NCBI GenBank assembly: GCA_035285865.1
Contig: JAYKHS010000007.1
Coordinates: 83,508 to 147,507 of the forward strand
DNA length: 64,000 nucleotides
Reading direction: 5' to 3'
Source of the DNA: Candidatus Sericytochromatia bacterium
GTDB taxonomy: Bacteria; Cyanobacteriota; Sericytochromatia; S15B-MN24; VGJW01
Under the pieces are notes generated by a model. It was not told the origin of the DNA, did not search any database, and was given only the letters and a program-made list of their open reading frames with translations. The translations under genes were made by a program, and so were the position numbers. Of the stretch, positions 1 through 9,596 are shown piece after piece. The number at the start of each line of letters is the position of its first letter. The stretch's first letter is position 1.

Positions 1-2
1 CA

Positions 3-584
3 GCACTGACCCTCGCGCCCCTCGCAGGGTGCGCCAGCGCGAGCCTCGCACCGCCCCCTGCAACGACTGGCGAGATCCGCGTGGCGGCAGCGGGAGCGGA
101 TGCCGTCGAGAGCAAGCTTGGGGTGACTCGCGTGCTGGTCTCGACGGCCGGTGGCACGCACCTCGCTTGGCGTATCCAGGGCGACGACAGGCCGGTGCTG
201 ACTGAATTGTTGACCAATGACTCCCGGACCGACGAACTGGCTTCCGGACTCGCGCTGCTCGCGGCGGACATGTTGATTGCCGGGGCGCGGGCGTGGCTGG
301 TCTACGCCGCGACGCATCCCGGTAAGGAGTTCGATCGCGAGGCCTGCGTCCGTGCCATCGTGGCCGCCATGGTCGCGCAGGCCGTTTCGACGATTCCCGT
401 CGTCGGGGGCGTCCTGAGTGGCCTTTTGCTGCCGATCGTCTTCGCCTGGATCGCGCGGTCTGGCAAGTGGCCGTGGCAGGTCAGGATGCGCGGCCTGCTC
501 GAGATCGGCGCCCACCTGCACGCGGCCATCGTGAAGGCCCTTGCGGGAGCTGACGCACGTCCTCGTCCCGTGCCCGCCTCGTGA
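3..584 (+). CDS. Hypothetical lipoprotein/membrane protein, 5' end truncated by window edge
   Basis: Frame of ORF 81..584 is open from base 3 and reads ALTLAPLAGC (lipobox-like); hydrophobic C-terminal helices; stop overlaps next start (GTGA). Confidence 0.55.
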   Translation, partial: ALTLAPLAGCASASLAPPPATTGEIRVAAAGADAVESKLGVTRVLVSTAGGTHLAWRIQGDDRPVLTELLTNDSRTDELASGLALLAADMLIAGARAWLVYAATHPGKEFDREACVRAIVAAMVAQAVSTIPVVGGVLSGLLLPIVFAWIARSGKWPWQVRMRGLLEIGAHLHAAIVKALAGADARPRPVPAS

Positions 585-1351
585 AGACCAACGTCAATCG
601 GTACCGGACGCTCTGGCTTTCGGACATCCACCTTGGCACGCGCGCCTGCCGTGCGGAGGCGCTCAAGAGCTTTCTCAAGACGCACCACGCCGAGACCATC
701 TACCTTGTCGGGGACGTGATCGATGCGTGGATGCTCAAGGACAAGTGGCACTGGCCCACGGCCCACAGTGACATCCTCCGGATGTTGGTGAAAAAAGCCA
801 AGAAGTGCCGCATGGTTTATGTCCCCGGCAATCATGACAGCCTGCTGCGCCCGTTCCTGCCGCTCGACATCGGTGCCATCGAACTCCGTCACGAAGCTGT
901 CCACGTCACGGCGGACGGCCGTCGCTTGCTGGTGATGCACGGCGACATCTTCGACGGTGCACTCTCGCGCGGCAAGGTCCTGACGACCGTGGGCACCTGG
1001 ATTTACGACGCCCTGATCGAGATCAACGGCTGGCTTCATCGATTGAACGCTCGGCTCGGTCGCCCCCACTTCTCCCTGGCGCAGTTCCTGAAGGAGAACA
1101 GCAAGGATGCCCGCGTCATGATCGCGCGCTTCCGCGAGCTGGCAATCGCCCACGCGGCCCGGCGGGGCTTCGACGGGATCGTGACCGGGCACATCCACCA
1201 CGGCGAGTTGGCCATCGTGGACGAGATGCTCTACGCCAACTCGGGCGATTGGGTCGACGACTGCACGGCCATTGCCGAGACGTGGACGGGCGAACTCGTG
1301 GTGCTGAGACAGACCGCGGAAGCGGTCACCGCCGAGACCGAGACCAGTTGA
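581..1351 (+). CDS. UDP-2,3-diacylglucosamine diphosphatase-like metallophosphoesterase (LpxH family)
   Basis: Calcineurin-like motifs SDIHLG, VGDVID, PGNHD, MHGD, TGHIH, NSGDW. Confidence 0.85.
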   Translation: MKTNVNRYRTLWLSDIHLGTRACRAEALKSFLKTHHAETIYLVGDVIDAWMLKDKWHWPTAHSDILRMLVKKAKKCRMVYVPGNHDSLLRPFLPLDIGAIELRHEAVHVTADGRRLLVMHGDIFDGALSRGKVLTTVGTWIYDALIEINGWLHRLNARLGRPHFSLAQFLKENSKDARVMIARFRELAIAHAARRGFDGIVTGHIHHGELAIVDEMLYANSGDWVDDCTAIAETWTGELVVLRQTAEAVTAETETS

Positions 1352-2034
1352 TCGGAGCCCCCTGGGCCGTAGGCGGTGTGGACGGCTGCAAGTCCGGCTG
1401 GGTCCTGGCCGGGATGGGGCCAGACGGCTCGCTCGGACTCGAGCTCCACTCCGCCATCGACACTGTTTTGGAACGGGTTTCCGGGGTGGTCGCCATCGAC
1501 ATGCCGATCGGGCTTCCGGAAGCTGGCCCCAGGGCGTGTGACCTTGCGGCCCGCGGCCTTCTCGGTGCGCGGCGCCACAGCGTGTTTCCAGCGCCTCTGA
1601 GGTCGATGCTGGAGGCCAGAAGCCATGCCGAGGCCTGCGCCTTGGGACGTCGGACGGACGGTCGGGGCCTGTCGCTGCAATCGTGGAACCTGATCCCCAA
1701 AATCAGGGAAGTCGACGAATACGCCAGTCGGGTTCCCGCAGGACGCCTCATCGAGGTCCATCCGGAACTCAGCTTCAGGGGCATGCAGGGCGGGCATCCC
1801 TTGTTCGCGTCCAAGAAGACAGAGGAAGGCCGTCAGCAGCGCGCCAAGCTTCTGCGTCAAGCCTTTGCCGATTGGCTTCCCCAGCGGGCGCCCGCAGGAT
1901 CCGGTGTCGACGACGTGCTGGACGCGTTCGCCGCCCTATGGACGGCGCTCAGACATCGCGACGGCTTGGCTGTCCCGACGACAGCAGCCGAAGAACGGGA
2001 CGCACGAGGCCTGCTCATGCAAATCCACTGGTGA
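1348..2034 (+). CDS. DUF429 family predicted nuclease (RNase H fold)
   Basis: GVDGCKSGW, AIDMPIGL, R.CD..AR, IEVHPELSF, DDVLDA motifs; TTG start overlaps upstream stop (TTGA). Confidence 0.8.
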   Translation: MIGAPWAVGGVDGCKSGWVLAGMGPDGSLGLELHSAIDTVLERVSGVVAIDMPIGLPEAGPRACDLAARGLLGARRHSVFPAPLRSMLEARSHAEACALGRRTDGRGLSLQSWNLIPKIREVDEYASRVPAGRLIEVHPELSFRGMQGGHPLFASKKTEEGRQQRAKLLRQAFADWLPQRAPAGSGVDDVLDAFAALWTALRHRDGLAVPTTAAEERDARGLLMQIHW

Positions 2035-2144
2035 CGGAGGACCACGAAGCCACATTTTGCCAAGAAGAAACATTCCGCAAGAACGCGTATTTCCAGCGAT
2101 GACTCGATTTAGCAATCAGACGGGCAGCAGAGAGGGAATGGATC

Positions 2145-2984
2145 GTGAGCAGCAGGCACGCCGCGCATCATCACGGTAGGCACCACGGCAGCCACAGGTC
2201 GCATCACGGCCATCACCACGGCTCGCACGGCCATCACAGTTCGCACGGCCACGCCCACGGACCCCATGCGGCCCGCTCGGCCGCCCGTCACGCTGCGGAT
2301 GCCGCCCACCGGAAGGCCGAGGCCGCGCGCATCGCTCGAGAAGCCGCAGACAAGCAAGCGAAGCGCGAAGCAGCGCGTCACGCCGAAAAAGGGCACGGCG
2401 ACCGGCACCAGCACGCGACGCCCCGGGGCCTGCGCTCGTCGGTCAAGCTGGATGAAGGGCACCACACCCGCCACTCCGAGCCCCACGCCCTCAAGGCTGC
2501 CTCGACGCCCTCCGGCCACGGGAGCAGGGACGTGTCCCCGAACGCCAAGGCGCAGATGGATCGCCTCACCGAGACGGCCGGACGGTCGGCTGCCCATCGC
2601 CGTCCCGGTGGCTGGTGCTATCGCGCGGTCAAGAAATTCATCGCCTCGACCCCGGGCGGATACGGCGGCCTGAACGCCGGCAACATCTACAAGATTCCAC
2701 AGGCCCGGGCCCGGGACTTCGCGGACTTCATGAACCGGGACGGCAACGCCGCCAAGTACGGCCTGCGTAAGCTGGATATTTCCAATCCCTACGACGCGCC
2801 CAAGGGTGCCCTGGTGGTGGTGGCCCCGGGGACTCCGGGGACCCGCCATCCGACGGCGGGCGACATCACCATCGCCGCAGGCGGCGGGCGATTCTACAAC
2901 GACGGCAACATGGGTTACGGGGGTCCGAGGAACTTCCCGCCCGGCAACCGGCATGTGCTGGGCATCTACGTTCCGGCGAACTGA
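2145..2984 (+). CDS. His-rich N-terminal protein with C-terminal CHAP/NlpC-P60-like (amidase-like) domain
   Basis: Very His-rich first ~40 aa; C-terminal GWCYRAVK...APKGALVVV...HPTAGDITI; SD-like AGAGGGA upstream of GTG. Confidence 0.55.
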   Translation: MSSRHAAHHHGRHHGSHRSHHGHHHGSHGHHSSHGHAHGPHAARSAARHAADAAHRKAEAARIAREAADKQAKREAARHAEKGHGDRHQHATPRGLRSSVKLDEGHHTRHSEPHALKAASTPSGHGSRDVSPNAKAQMDRLTETAGRSAAHRRPGGWCYRAVKKFIASTPGGYGGLNAGNIYKIPQARARDFADFMNRDGNAAKYGLRKLDISNPYDAPKGALVVVAPGTPGTRHPTAGDITIAAGGGRFYNDGNMGYGGPRNFPPGNRHVLGIYVPAN

Positions 2985-2990
2985 CGCGGC

Positions 2991-4538
2991 TCAGGCCTCG
3001 GCCACCTCGAACGCCACCACGTTGCGTTCGGCCCGGCCGAACTCGATGCCGACCAGCGTGACGTGGGTACCGGGCTGGCGAACCTTGTCGGCATAGCCTC
3101 TGGCCAGAATCTGGGCCAGCGCTTGGCCCTCTGGCTGGTCGTCGACCACCTTGAATTCGAAGACATACGCGCGTCCCGGCACACGCAGCGTCAGGTCGAT
3201 GCGTCCCTTGTTGGTGGCGTCCTCGACCCTCAGGTCCAGGCCAAGGGCTGCGAGGTGGCTGTAGAACACGCTGGCGTAATACCCCTCGAAGCGGGCGATG
3301 GGATTGTTGCGCAGCCAGTCGTGCGGGATGCTGGCGAACAGCCGATAGGTCGCGTCACGCAAGGCATCCAAGTTGCCGGCCAAAAGAGCTTCGGTAAGCT
3401 GTATCGTCAGGTCGCTCGCAGCACCGGCAGTCTGGCCCAATGCGGGCAACAGGCTGAGGTTCAGACTGGCTTCGACCTCGCGATTCGGATAGCCCAAGGT
3501 GTAGACCCAACTGCCCGTGGCGATTTCGCGCGCGTCATGAATGGTCAGGTACCCCGTCTGCCAGAGCAGCGCCTCGGGCTCGATATGGTCGACATCGAAG
3601 GCCGACATGATCTCCGCACGGGTGCGGCGCTTGGCCAGATCAGGCGAGAAGAACCCTCGTCGCGCCAGCAAGGCGACCAGAAAGCTGGGCGTCCCTGTCT
3701 CGAACCAGTACGGCCTGAACTGCTTGCTCTCGAGGAACAGCAGGACGTCAAAGGGATTGTAGACGGCCGTCCCGAGCCAGTTGTAGCCGTTGTACCAACG
3801 CCGGACGGCATAGAGGTCCACGGCGTCCAGTTCCGGCGCAAAGACGGTCTCGAGGTCCTCCTGCGTGTAGCCGCACAACGCCGACCAGCGGGCATCCAGC
3901 GTGATGTCGCGCAAATGGTTGAGGCCCGAGAACAGGCTCACCTTGCTGAACTTGCTGACGCCCGTCAGGAAGACGAACTTCAGGTGGGCATCGGCGTCCT
4001 TGAGGACGCCATAGATGTCGCGCAACGCGTCACGCATCTGGCGTGCCAGATCGGGCTGTTCCAGATGGTCCAGGATGGGCTTGTCATACTCGTCGACCAA
4101 CACGACCACCCGCTGGCCGGACTTTCGGTGAAGTGCCTGAATGAGCTGGTGCAGACGCCCTCGGGTATCCTGCGCCCGGCCAATCAGGCCGCATTCCGTC
4201 TCGACTTCTTCCAACTGCCGCAGGATCCAGCCCTGAAGGTCTTCACGCGAGAAAGCCTGCCCACCCCCAAAGCTCAGGCGAACGACGGGGTAACGGACCG
4301 ACCAGTCCCATCGGCTCTCCGCCGCAAGGCCCGTGAAGCGTTCGCGGTTCCCCTCGAACAAATCCTTCAGGGTGTCGAGGAAAAGGCTCTTACCGAAGCG
4401 GCGAGGACGGGACAGGAAGAACGCCTTGCCGGACTGCACCAGATCCACGGCCATCCCCGTCTTGTCGACGTAATAGCAGCCGTCCTCGCGAATCTCGCGG
4501 AACGTCTGGATGCCGATTGGCAGAGTCTTGCGGGTCAT
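2991..4538 (-). CDS. AAA-ATPase-like protein with C-terminal PD-(D/E)XK nuclease (PDDEXK_9 family)
   Basis: LPIGIQTF, YYVDKT, RPRRFGKS (Walker A), VDEYDKP (Walker B), GRIDL...FEFK. Confidence 0.9.
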   Translation of the reverse strand: MTRKTLPIGIQTFREIREDGCYYVDKTGMAVDLVQSGKAFFLSRPRRFGKSLFLDTLKDLFEGNRERFTGLAAESRWDWSVRYPVVRLSFGGGQAFSREDLQGWILRQLEEVETECGLIGRAQDTRGRLHQLIQALHRKSGQRVVVLVDEYDKPILDHLEQPDLARQMRDALRDIYGVLKDADAHLKFVFLTGVSKFSKVSLFSGLNHLRDITLDARWSALCGYTQEDLETVFAPELDAVDLYAVRRWYNGYNWLGTAVYNPFDVLLFLESKQFRPYWFETGTPSFLVALLARRGFFSPDLAKRRTRAEIMSAFDVDHIEPEALLWQTGYLTIHDAREIATGSWVYTLGYPNREVEASLNLSLLPALGQTAGAASDLTIQLTEALLAGNLDALRDATYRLFASIPHDWLRNNPIARFEGYYASVFYSHLAALGLDLRVEDATNKGRIDLTLRVPGRAYVFEFKVVDDQPEGQALAQILARGYADKVRQPGTHVTLVGIEFGRAERNVVAFEVAEA

Positions 4539-4616
4539 GCCACCCCATCGTGGCCGACTCATCGGTGGTGCGCAAGCCTGCGGGCTGGCAAGGCTGGCAC
4601 GCCTCGGCGACAGCCC

Positions 4617-5675
4617 TCAGAAGCCCTGGACCATCCCCAACGTCAGCGTGTCCTGGACGGGCAGGCGCGCCCCGCCAGCACCGGGATAAAGGGCAGCCGC
4701 CGCCTCGTCATGCCGGGCCTCGAGCCGCCAGAGCCAATCCCGATGGGCCCGCCAGGAAGCCGTCGCCGTCACGGACCGGACCCAGGGCACGGGCCAGAAA
4801 ATCGCACCCGGCACAAGGGCGCTGGCCGCCAGAGCTTCCTCGCGGAAGCCATCCACCCGCAACGCCAGGTCCAGCCGTTCCAGGGGCGTGGCCCGGACCG
4901 TGACAGCCGCCGCCTGCCACTGCGCGAGGCCGGTATCCCCACGCTCGGAACCGATGTCGACATGGGCCTGCAGCGCCCAGACCCGGTCCAACTGCCACGT
5001 CGCATGGGCATCGAGCAAGTGACGCCAGGGCCGCCCCTCCGGAGCACCGAGGGGCCTTTCCTGACTGCCGGCCCACAACACCGAACCCGACAGGCCCTCC
5101 CGCAGCTCCCACGCCCACTGCACCATCGGGGACAACCCCGGCACCCCATCCGTCGCCGCGTTCCAGCCATTGGTCAACCAGAACGCCAAAGCATGGCCCG
5201 GCGCCAACGACCACGTGGTGCGCACGCCCGAGTGGTAGTAAGGCAGGGCATAAAACAGGTTGGATCGGGACCACGTCCAGTTCTGGCGGACAGCCACGGT
5301 CTCTGGCCCGATGGGTGACAGGAACAGCCCAGCATCGACCGCCCAGCGGGGAGCCACCGTACCCCCGGCCCACGCTTCGAGCAGATGCCTCCAGAGCGTC
5401 GCGTCGCTCGCTCCCTCGCCGGCCGCGGCGCGCCATTCGGGTTCGGACCCGTAATAGGCGGACGGCATCAGGCCCGTCTGCAGCGCCAGTCGTCCCCGCA
5501 GGGCACCGCGATCCCACGGCAGGTCCAGCACGGCATTCGCCACGCTGAAGCCTGTCCGCCCGTCCACCACGCGGTACGCGTTCACGAGGCCGTCGGGCGC
5601 GGTCAGGTTGGCCGAGGCCTGGACCTCCATCCAGCCCGCGGGCGCTACGGGTGGCGTGTAGGGGAGGTCGGTCAT
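4617..5675 (-). CDS. Outer-membrane beta-barrel protein (DUF1597/BBP2 porin-like)
   Basis: VDAGLFLSPIGPE, NWTWSRS.LF..LPYYHSGVR, NGWN, WRLEARHD, terminal Phe; TACGAT 8 nt before ATG 5675; no clear signal peptide. Confidence 0.7.
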   Translation of the reverse strand: MTDLPYTPPVAPAGWMEVQASANLTAPDGLVNAYRVVDGRTGFSVANAVLDLPWDRGALRGRLALQTGLMPSAYYGSEPEWRAAAGEGASDATLWRHLLEAWAGGTVAPRWAVDAGLFLSPIGPETVAVRQNWTWSRSNLFYALPYYHSGVRTTWSLAPGHALAFWLTNGWNAATDGVPGLSPMVQWAWELREGLSGSVLWAGSQERPLGAPEGRPWRHLLDAHATWQLDRVWALQAHVDIGSERGDTGLAQWQAAAVTVRATPLERLDLALRVDGFREEALAASALVPGAIFWPVPWVRSVTATASWRAHRDWLWRLEARHDEAAAALYPGAGGARLPVQDTLTLGMVQGF

Positions 5676-5710
5676 GGGCGGTGATCGTACCAAGCGAGGA
5701 GCATGGGCGA

Positions 5711-5779
5711 ATGGCCAGCGTGACCAAGCGCTTCTGCGAGCCTCTGCCAGGAAGAGAAACTGCTCCCCGGGAGTCCTGA
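5711..5779 (+). pseudogene. Remnant C-terminus of a Phd/VapB-type antitoxin
   Basis: RFCEPLPGRETAPRES* resembles the FFEPLPEEELAAWE tail of antitoxins and sits directly before the PIN remnant. Confidence 0.4.
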
Positions 5780-5784
5780 GCCGC

Positions 5785-6168
5785 GTGCGGTTGTTGCCGG
5801 ATCCGCACGTCCCGTCCTGGTGGCCTGCCGGGGATGCTTTCCTGTCGTCGGTGGCCATGGCATCTACCCCCGACCGCAGACACGAAGGCTTCGTCAGCGC
5901 AGCCTCGGCTTGCGAGACTTCAACCAAGCACCGGATTGGCAAACCTTCGGGCGCCGGCCCACTTGTCCTGGACCTGCGGTGCGAAGTCGTAGCGCATGGA
6001 TTCATGCCGCTTCCGGTCACGCTTGAGCAGGGGCAGTCGGCAGGTTCTCTGGATTGGGCCCACCGAGAGCCGTTCGATCGCCTGCTGGTGGATTAGGCAC
6101 GCGATGAGAGACTCGCGTTGGTTTCCAGCGAAACCGCCTTTGACGGGCTTGGCAGCGTGCGGATCTAG
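5785..6168 (+). pseudogene. Degenerate VapC/PIN-domain toxin
   Basis: VRLLPDPHVPSWW (cf. LLLDTH.LLWW), VSAASACE (cf. SAASAWE), HREPFDRLLVD* then ARDERLALVSSETAFD; internal TAG at 6094-6096. Confidence 0.75.
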
Positions 6169-6504
6169 TCGGTGGGGGGTCAAGGCAGGCCAACTCCCGG
6201 TCTCACGGGATTGCGCCTCTGGCCGCCACCGGCTGGGCACTGAGATCTCCCGAGGCGAATCTGTCCGGAACCACGTCCACCGCAAGCGACCGACAGAAGC
6301 GACAGGCTCACCTTCATCGCCCCTGAACCCACCGCCATGAGGGACATTCTCTTGCACGAGTAAGTGCTGCGCGATGTCCAGGACGCGATGGGTGTCCCTG
6401 AACGTCACCAAGGCCCGGGTTTGCTGCGCCTCGGCTGTGGTTCCGGATCGGATGCGAACCCAACATGGACAAAGGGTTCCAGAGTCACGGGACAAGCCCT
6501 CGCC

Positions 6505-7386
6505 CTATGGCATCGACCTGACAAGGCGGAAGCCAAGGTTGCCGTAGCGGAGGCTCGGGACGTTGAAGTTGCGATTCGCCGCACGCGTGCTCGCGGCATC
6601 GTGGAGCCACGATCCACCCCGGATGACTCTGTATCGAGTCGGCCCCAGAGGCTCAGCGAGCGATCCTGGATAGCTGCCGTACCAATCCTGGCACCACTCC
6701 CAAACGTTGCCCGCCATATCGTACAGGCCCCACGGATTACATTGCGTCAGGCCGACCGGATGGGTCGTGCCGTCGCTGTTGCCGCCGAACCACGCATGGG
6801 TCCCCAGCAGGTTGCTGTCCGCTCCGAAGACCCACGCTGTCGCGGTACCCGCCCGATACGCATACTCCCACTCGGCCTCCGTCGGCAGACGCCAACCGGT
6901 CGTGCTGTCGGGCGCGGGCGACGTCAGCGTTACCCTGCTGCAGTTGTAACTGCCCGTCCCCGGCTTGCCGGTACAAAACGACAGGTCATAAGCCTTGGGC
7001 AGGCCGTCCTTGGCCGACAGGGCGTTGGCGTAGGCCACGGCGTCGAACCAACTCAATGTCTCAACCGGGCGATTGTCATCATCTGCAAAGGTCGAGGGAT
7101 TGTTGCCCATCAGCGCACGCCACTGGCCCTGCGTCACCTCAGTCGTCTGCATCCGGAAGGTACGGGTCAAGGTCACCGGATGTTGCATCTCGTCCGAGGA
7201 GCGGCCCGATTCCGATGACGGGGAGCCCATCTGGAAGGTACCGGCAGGCAGGTCGACAGACTGCATGGTCGCGACTCCGGGGAGCGTCAGGTTCTCGCCC
7301 AAGTGGCCAGCATTCGCGACACCAGCAACAGAGCCTGCCGCGACCAGACTGGCCGTGAACAATATTCTGGCGCGCCAAACCCGCAT
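6505..7386 (-). CDS. Secreted formylglycine-generating-enzyme family (FGE-sulfatase/SUMF1 domain) protein
   Basis: GTFQMGS, TEVTQGQW, WRLPTEAEWEYA, NPWGLYDMAGNVWEW, RGGSW, GFRLV; SD GAAGGAG; signal peptide. Confidence 0.9.
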   Translation of the reverse strand: MRVWRARILFTASLVAAGSVAGVANAGHLGENLTLPGVATMQSVDLPAGTFQMGSPSSESGRSSDEMQHPVTLTRTFRMQTTEVTQGQWRALMGNNPSTFADDDNRPVETLSWFDAVAYANALSAKDGLPKAYDLSFCTGKPGTGSYNCSRVTLTSPAPDSTTGWRLPTEAEWEYAYRAGTATAWVFGADSNLLGTHAWFGGNSDGTTHPVGLTQCNPWGLYDMAGNVWEWCQDWYGSYPGSLAEPLGPTRYRVIRGGSWLHDAASTRAANRNFNVPSLRYGNLGFRLVRSMP

Positions 7387-7572
7387 CACATCATCTCCTT
7401 CAACCATCATGGAAACATGAATCCGTTCGAACCCAGGATTCGCACGCCATAGGATCGCCACGGGTACCGCGACCTTGCCCTTGGGGTCTTTCCCCTTGGC
7501 CAGAGTGTGGCGCCACGTGGCCAGATCAGGCGGCCACAGCGGCTGTGGAGTCCGAATCCATCAAGCCAGTGA

Positions 7573-7809
7573 TGGCAGAAACCGGAACATCCGGAGAAGC
7601 ATCACGCCCAGGCAACGGCGGTCATCGATTCCGACCGCAGCCAGCGGCTCTTCACATGGCATCTGGTCGACGCCCTGCTCTACGGAACCCGAGACCTCGG
7701 CTCCCTCGCCAACCGCGTCCGGGAAGGCGTCGCACGGGCCTCACGCGCGCGCGGGCCGATCTACGAACAGACGCCGGCGATGGAAGGACGACGGGACGGG
7801 AATTTCTGA
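7573..7809 (+). pseudogene. Possible C-terminal fragment of a caspase-like (peptidase C14) domain
   Basis: Startless frame reads ...LFTWHLVDALLYG.RDLGSLANRVREGVARAS...EQTP...G...GNF*, resembling the end of bacterial caspase domains. Confidence 0.35.
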
Positions 7810-7836
7810 CGCTTCCGCGTCAGTGCCCCGCTGCCG

Positions 7837-9543
7837 TCAGTCCCCCTCGTCCAGCAGCTCCATCGTCTCGTCCGGTTGCCCGTCCTCGTCGGTATCCACG
7901 TGGACCGTCATCGGGCCCGAGCCGTCCCACGCCGCATAGTCCAGCCAGAGCGTCGCGGTCTTGTCGAGCGAGTTCGTGAAGTTCCGGAAGACGTGGTCGC
8001 CCGAATCGTCGATCCGGTGCACCACCACGTCGAAGCCGGTCTCTCCCGTGACGCCGCGAGCCTCGACGCGCAGGCGCCCCTTGGCCTGTTCGATCTCCAC
8101 CTCGACCTCATGCCCGTCGCTGTCGCCGCCGGCGATGACCGCGAAGGCGTAGTCCGCCTGCTCGGTCTGCAGACCCAGCGTCAGGAACGGGGTCTCCGAG
8201 GTGCGGGTCACGTAGCACAGACGCCGACCGTTGGCATGAAACTTCACCTGATCCTGCTGTCCGGGATCCAGACGGATGTCGTCCACGCTCATCTCGTAGC
8301 CGGGGCCGACCACCGTGATGCTCGAGTCCTCGTCGTCCGACAGGGTCCGGCCATCCAGCGTGACCGTGAGATCGCCCTGTCCGGGGACCAGGAACACCGG
8401 GGGCGTGTCCTGCCGCCAGAGGTCTCCGCCCTTGGGCGACATGACCTGGCTGCCCGGGAAAGTGTTCACGAACTGGCCGTCCGCGAAGCCGACCTGATGG
8501 CCGGCATCGTCCTCGACCAGCGCCCGACCCTTGCCATGGGTGAAAACCTGTCGCCCCCGGGCGGCCGGAGGCTGTTCGTCGGCGCCCAGGTCCTCGCAGA
8601 ACGGGCACTCCTGCGTTTGCTGGCGCACCGACAAGGGCGTCAGCGTCAGCGTGCCCGTGGTCGCGTCACCCTCATAGACGCTGTCCGGCTCGTCCGGATT
8701 CGTGGCCGCCATGTATGACCAGGTATTGGCGCCCGTATCGACCGTCACCCGGCGCTCCTGACCGGGATGGTTGTTGTCGTAGACCTGCACGTAGCGGAGC
8801 GCACCCGCACCCGCGGCGACGCCCCACGGCGTGATGGCGTGACCGGCCTGGTACCCCCGCTTGTAGATGCCCATCGTGTAGGCCTCGGCAGCACCGGCCC
8901 TGAAGCTGTCCAGCAGGGCGCGCATGACCTCGACCGGCGTCAGGTCCTTGCGTTCGGCCGGCTGGGTCGGGCTGACGGCCTGCTGGGCAAACCAGTAGGC
9001 GATCTCACGCTGCAGCCCGGCATTGTTGGCGAACGGCAAGGCGTAAGTGGTGTCGACGGCGCCAAAGTCCGCCGGACTGGCAAGCCCCTTGTGGAACATC
9101 AGGCTGAGCACGGCCATGCCTTCGCAATGCCCGCCGGACATGCTCTGGTTGGTCTCGTCCATCCACGACTGCGCAGCCGGCGTCAGCACGCAATCGTCCC
9201 CGTTACCCGAACCACAGACACCCGTCCCGAACAGCCGCACCATCTCGGCCGCCGTCAGGTTGACCACGCCCGCCTCACCCCCGTAGTTCTCGAAACCGAA
9301 GCCGTCACGCCCCGGATCGAAGGCCAGGGCCCCCACCATCGGGTCGGGCGTCTTCCCCGGCGAGGCCGTCACGACGGGCGTCGGCGCGGGCGAAGCTGTC
9401 GGCTGGGCAGTTGCGGTCGGTGAGGCCGTGGGCGTTTCCGCCAAGGTGGCCAGCAAAGTCTGCGCCGCAGGTGTGCACGCGGCGAGGGCCAGGGTGGCCG
9501 CAACGGGTGCAAGGGCCGGAATCCATCGTTGATGACGCTGCAT
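7837..9543 (-). CDS. Lipoprotein with putative papain-like Cys-His-Asp domain
   Basis: Lipobox LAAC, P/T-rich linker, DGFGFENY, GGHCEGM, GHAITP, VYDNNHPG. Confidence 0.7.
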   Translation of the reverse strand: MQRHQRWIPALAPVAATLALAACTPAAQTLLATLAETPTASPTATAQPTASPAPTPVVTASPGKTPDPMVGALAFDPGRDGFGFENYGGEAGVVNLTAAEMVRLFGTGVCGSGNGDDCVLTPAAQSWMDETNQSMSGGHCEGMAVLSLMFHKGLASPADFGAVDTTYALPFANNAGLQREIAYWFAQQAVSPTQPAERKDLTPVEVMRALLDSFRAGAAEAYTMGIYKRGYQAGHAITPWGVAAGAGALRYVQVYDNNHPGQERRVTVDTGANTWSYMAATNPDEPDSVYEGDATTGTLTLTPLSVRQQTQECPFCEDLGADEQPPAARGRQVFTHGKGRALVEDDAGHQVGFADGQFVNTFPGSQVMSPKGGDLWRQDTPPVFLVPGQGDLTVTLDGRTLSDDEDSSITVVGPGYEMSVDDIRLDPGQQDQVKFHANGRRLCYVTRTSETPFLTLGLQTEQADYAFAVIAGGDSDGHEVEVEIEQAKGRLRVEARGVTGETGFDVVVHRIDDSGDHVFRNFTNSLDKTATLWLDYAAWDGSGPMTVHVDTDEDGQPDETMELLDEGD

Positions 9544-9596
9544 CGCCGAATGCTACGCCCCGGCGAGGATGCCTGTCCAACTCGGCCCAGCCGGCG

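Noticed and set aside
2991..4538. AAA + PD-(D/E)XK gene as a novel defence system
   Set aside because: A widespread, often multicopy family with no intact partner genes here; nothing beyond the known architecture.
6505..6620. FGE/CLec-fold C-terminus as a diversity-generating retroelement variable repeat
   Set aside because: No template-repeat copy and no reverse transcriptase seen in the window; a remote DGR cannot be excluded.
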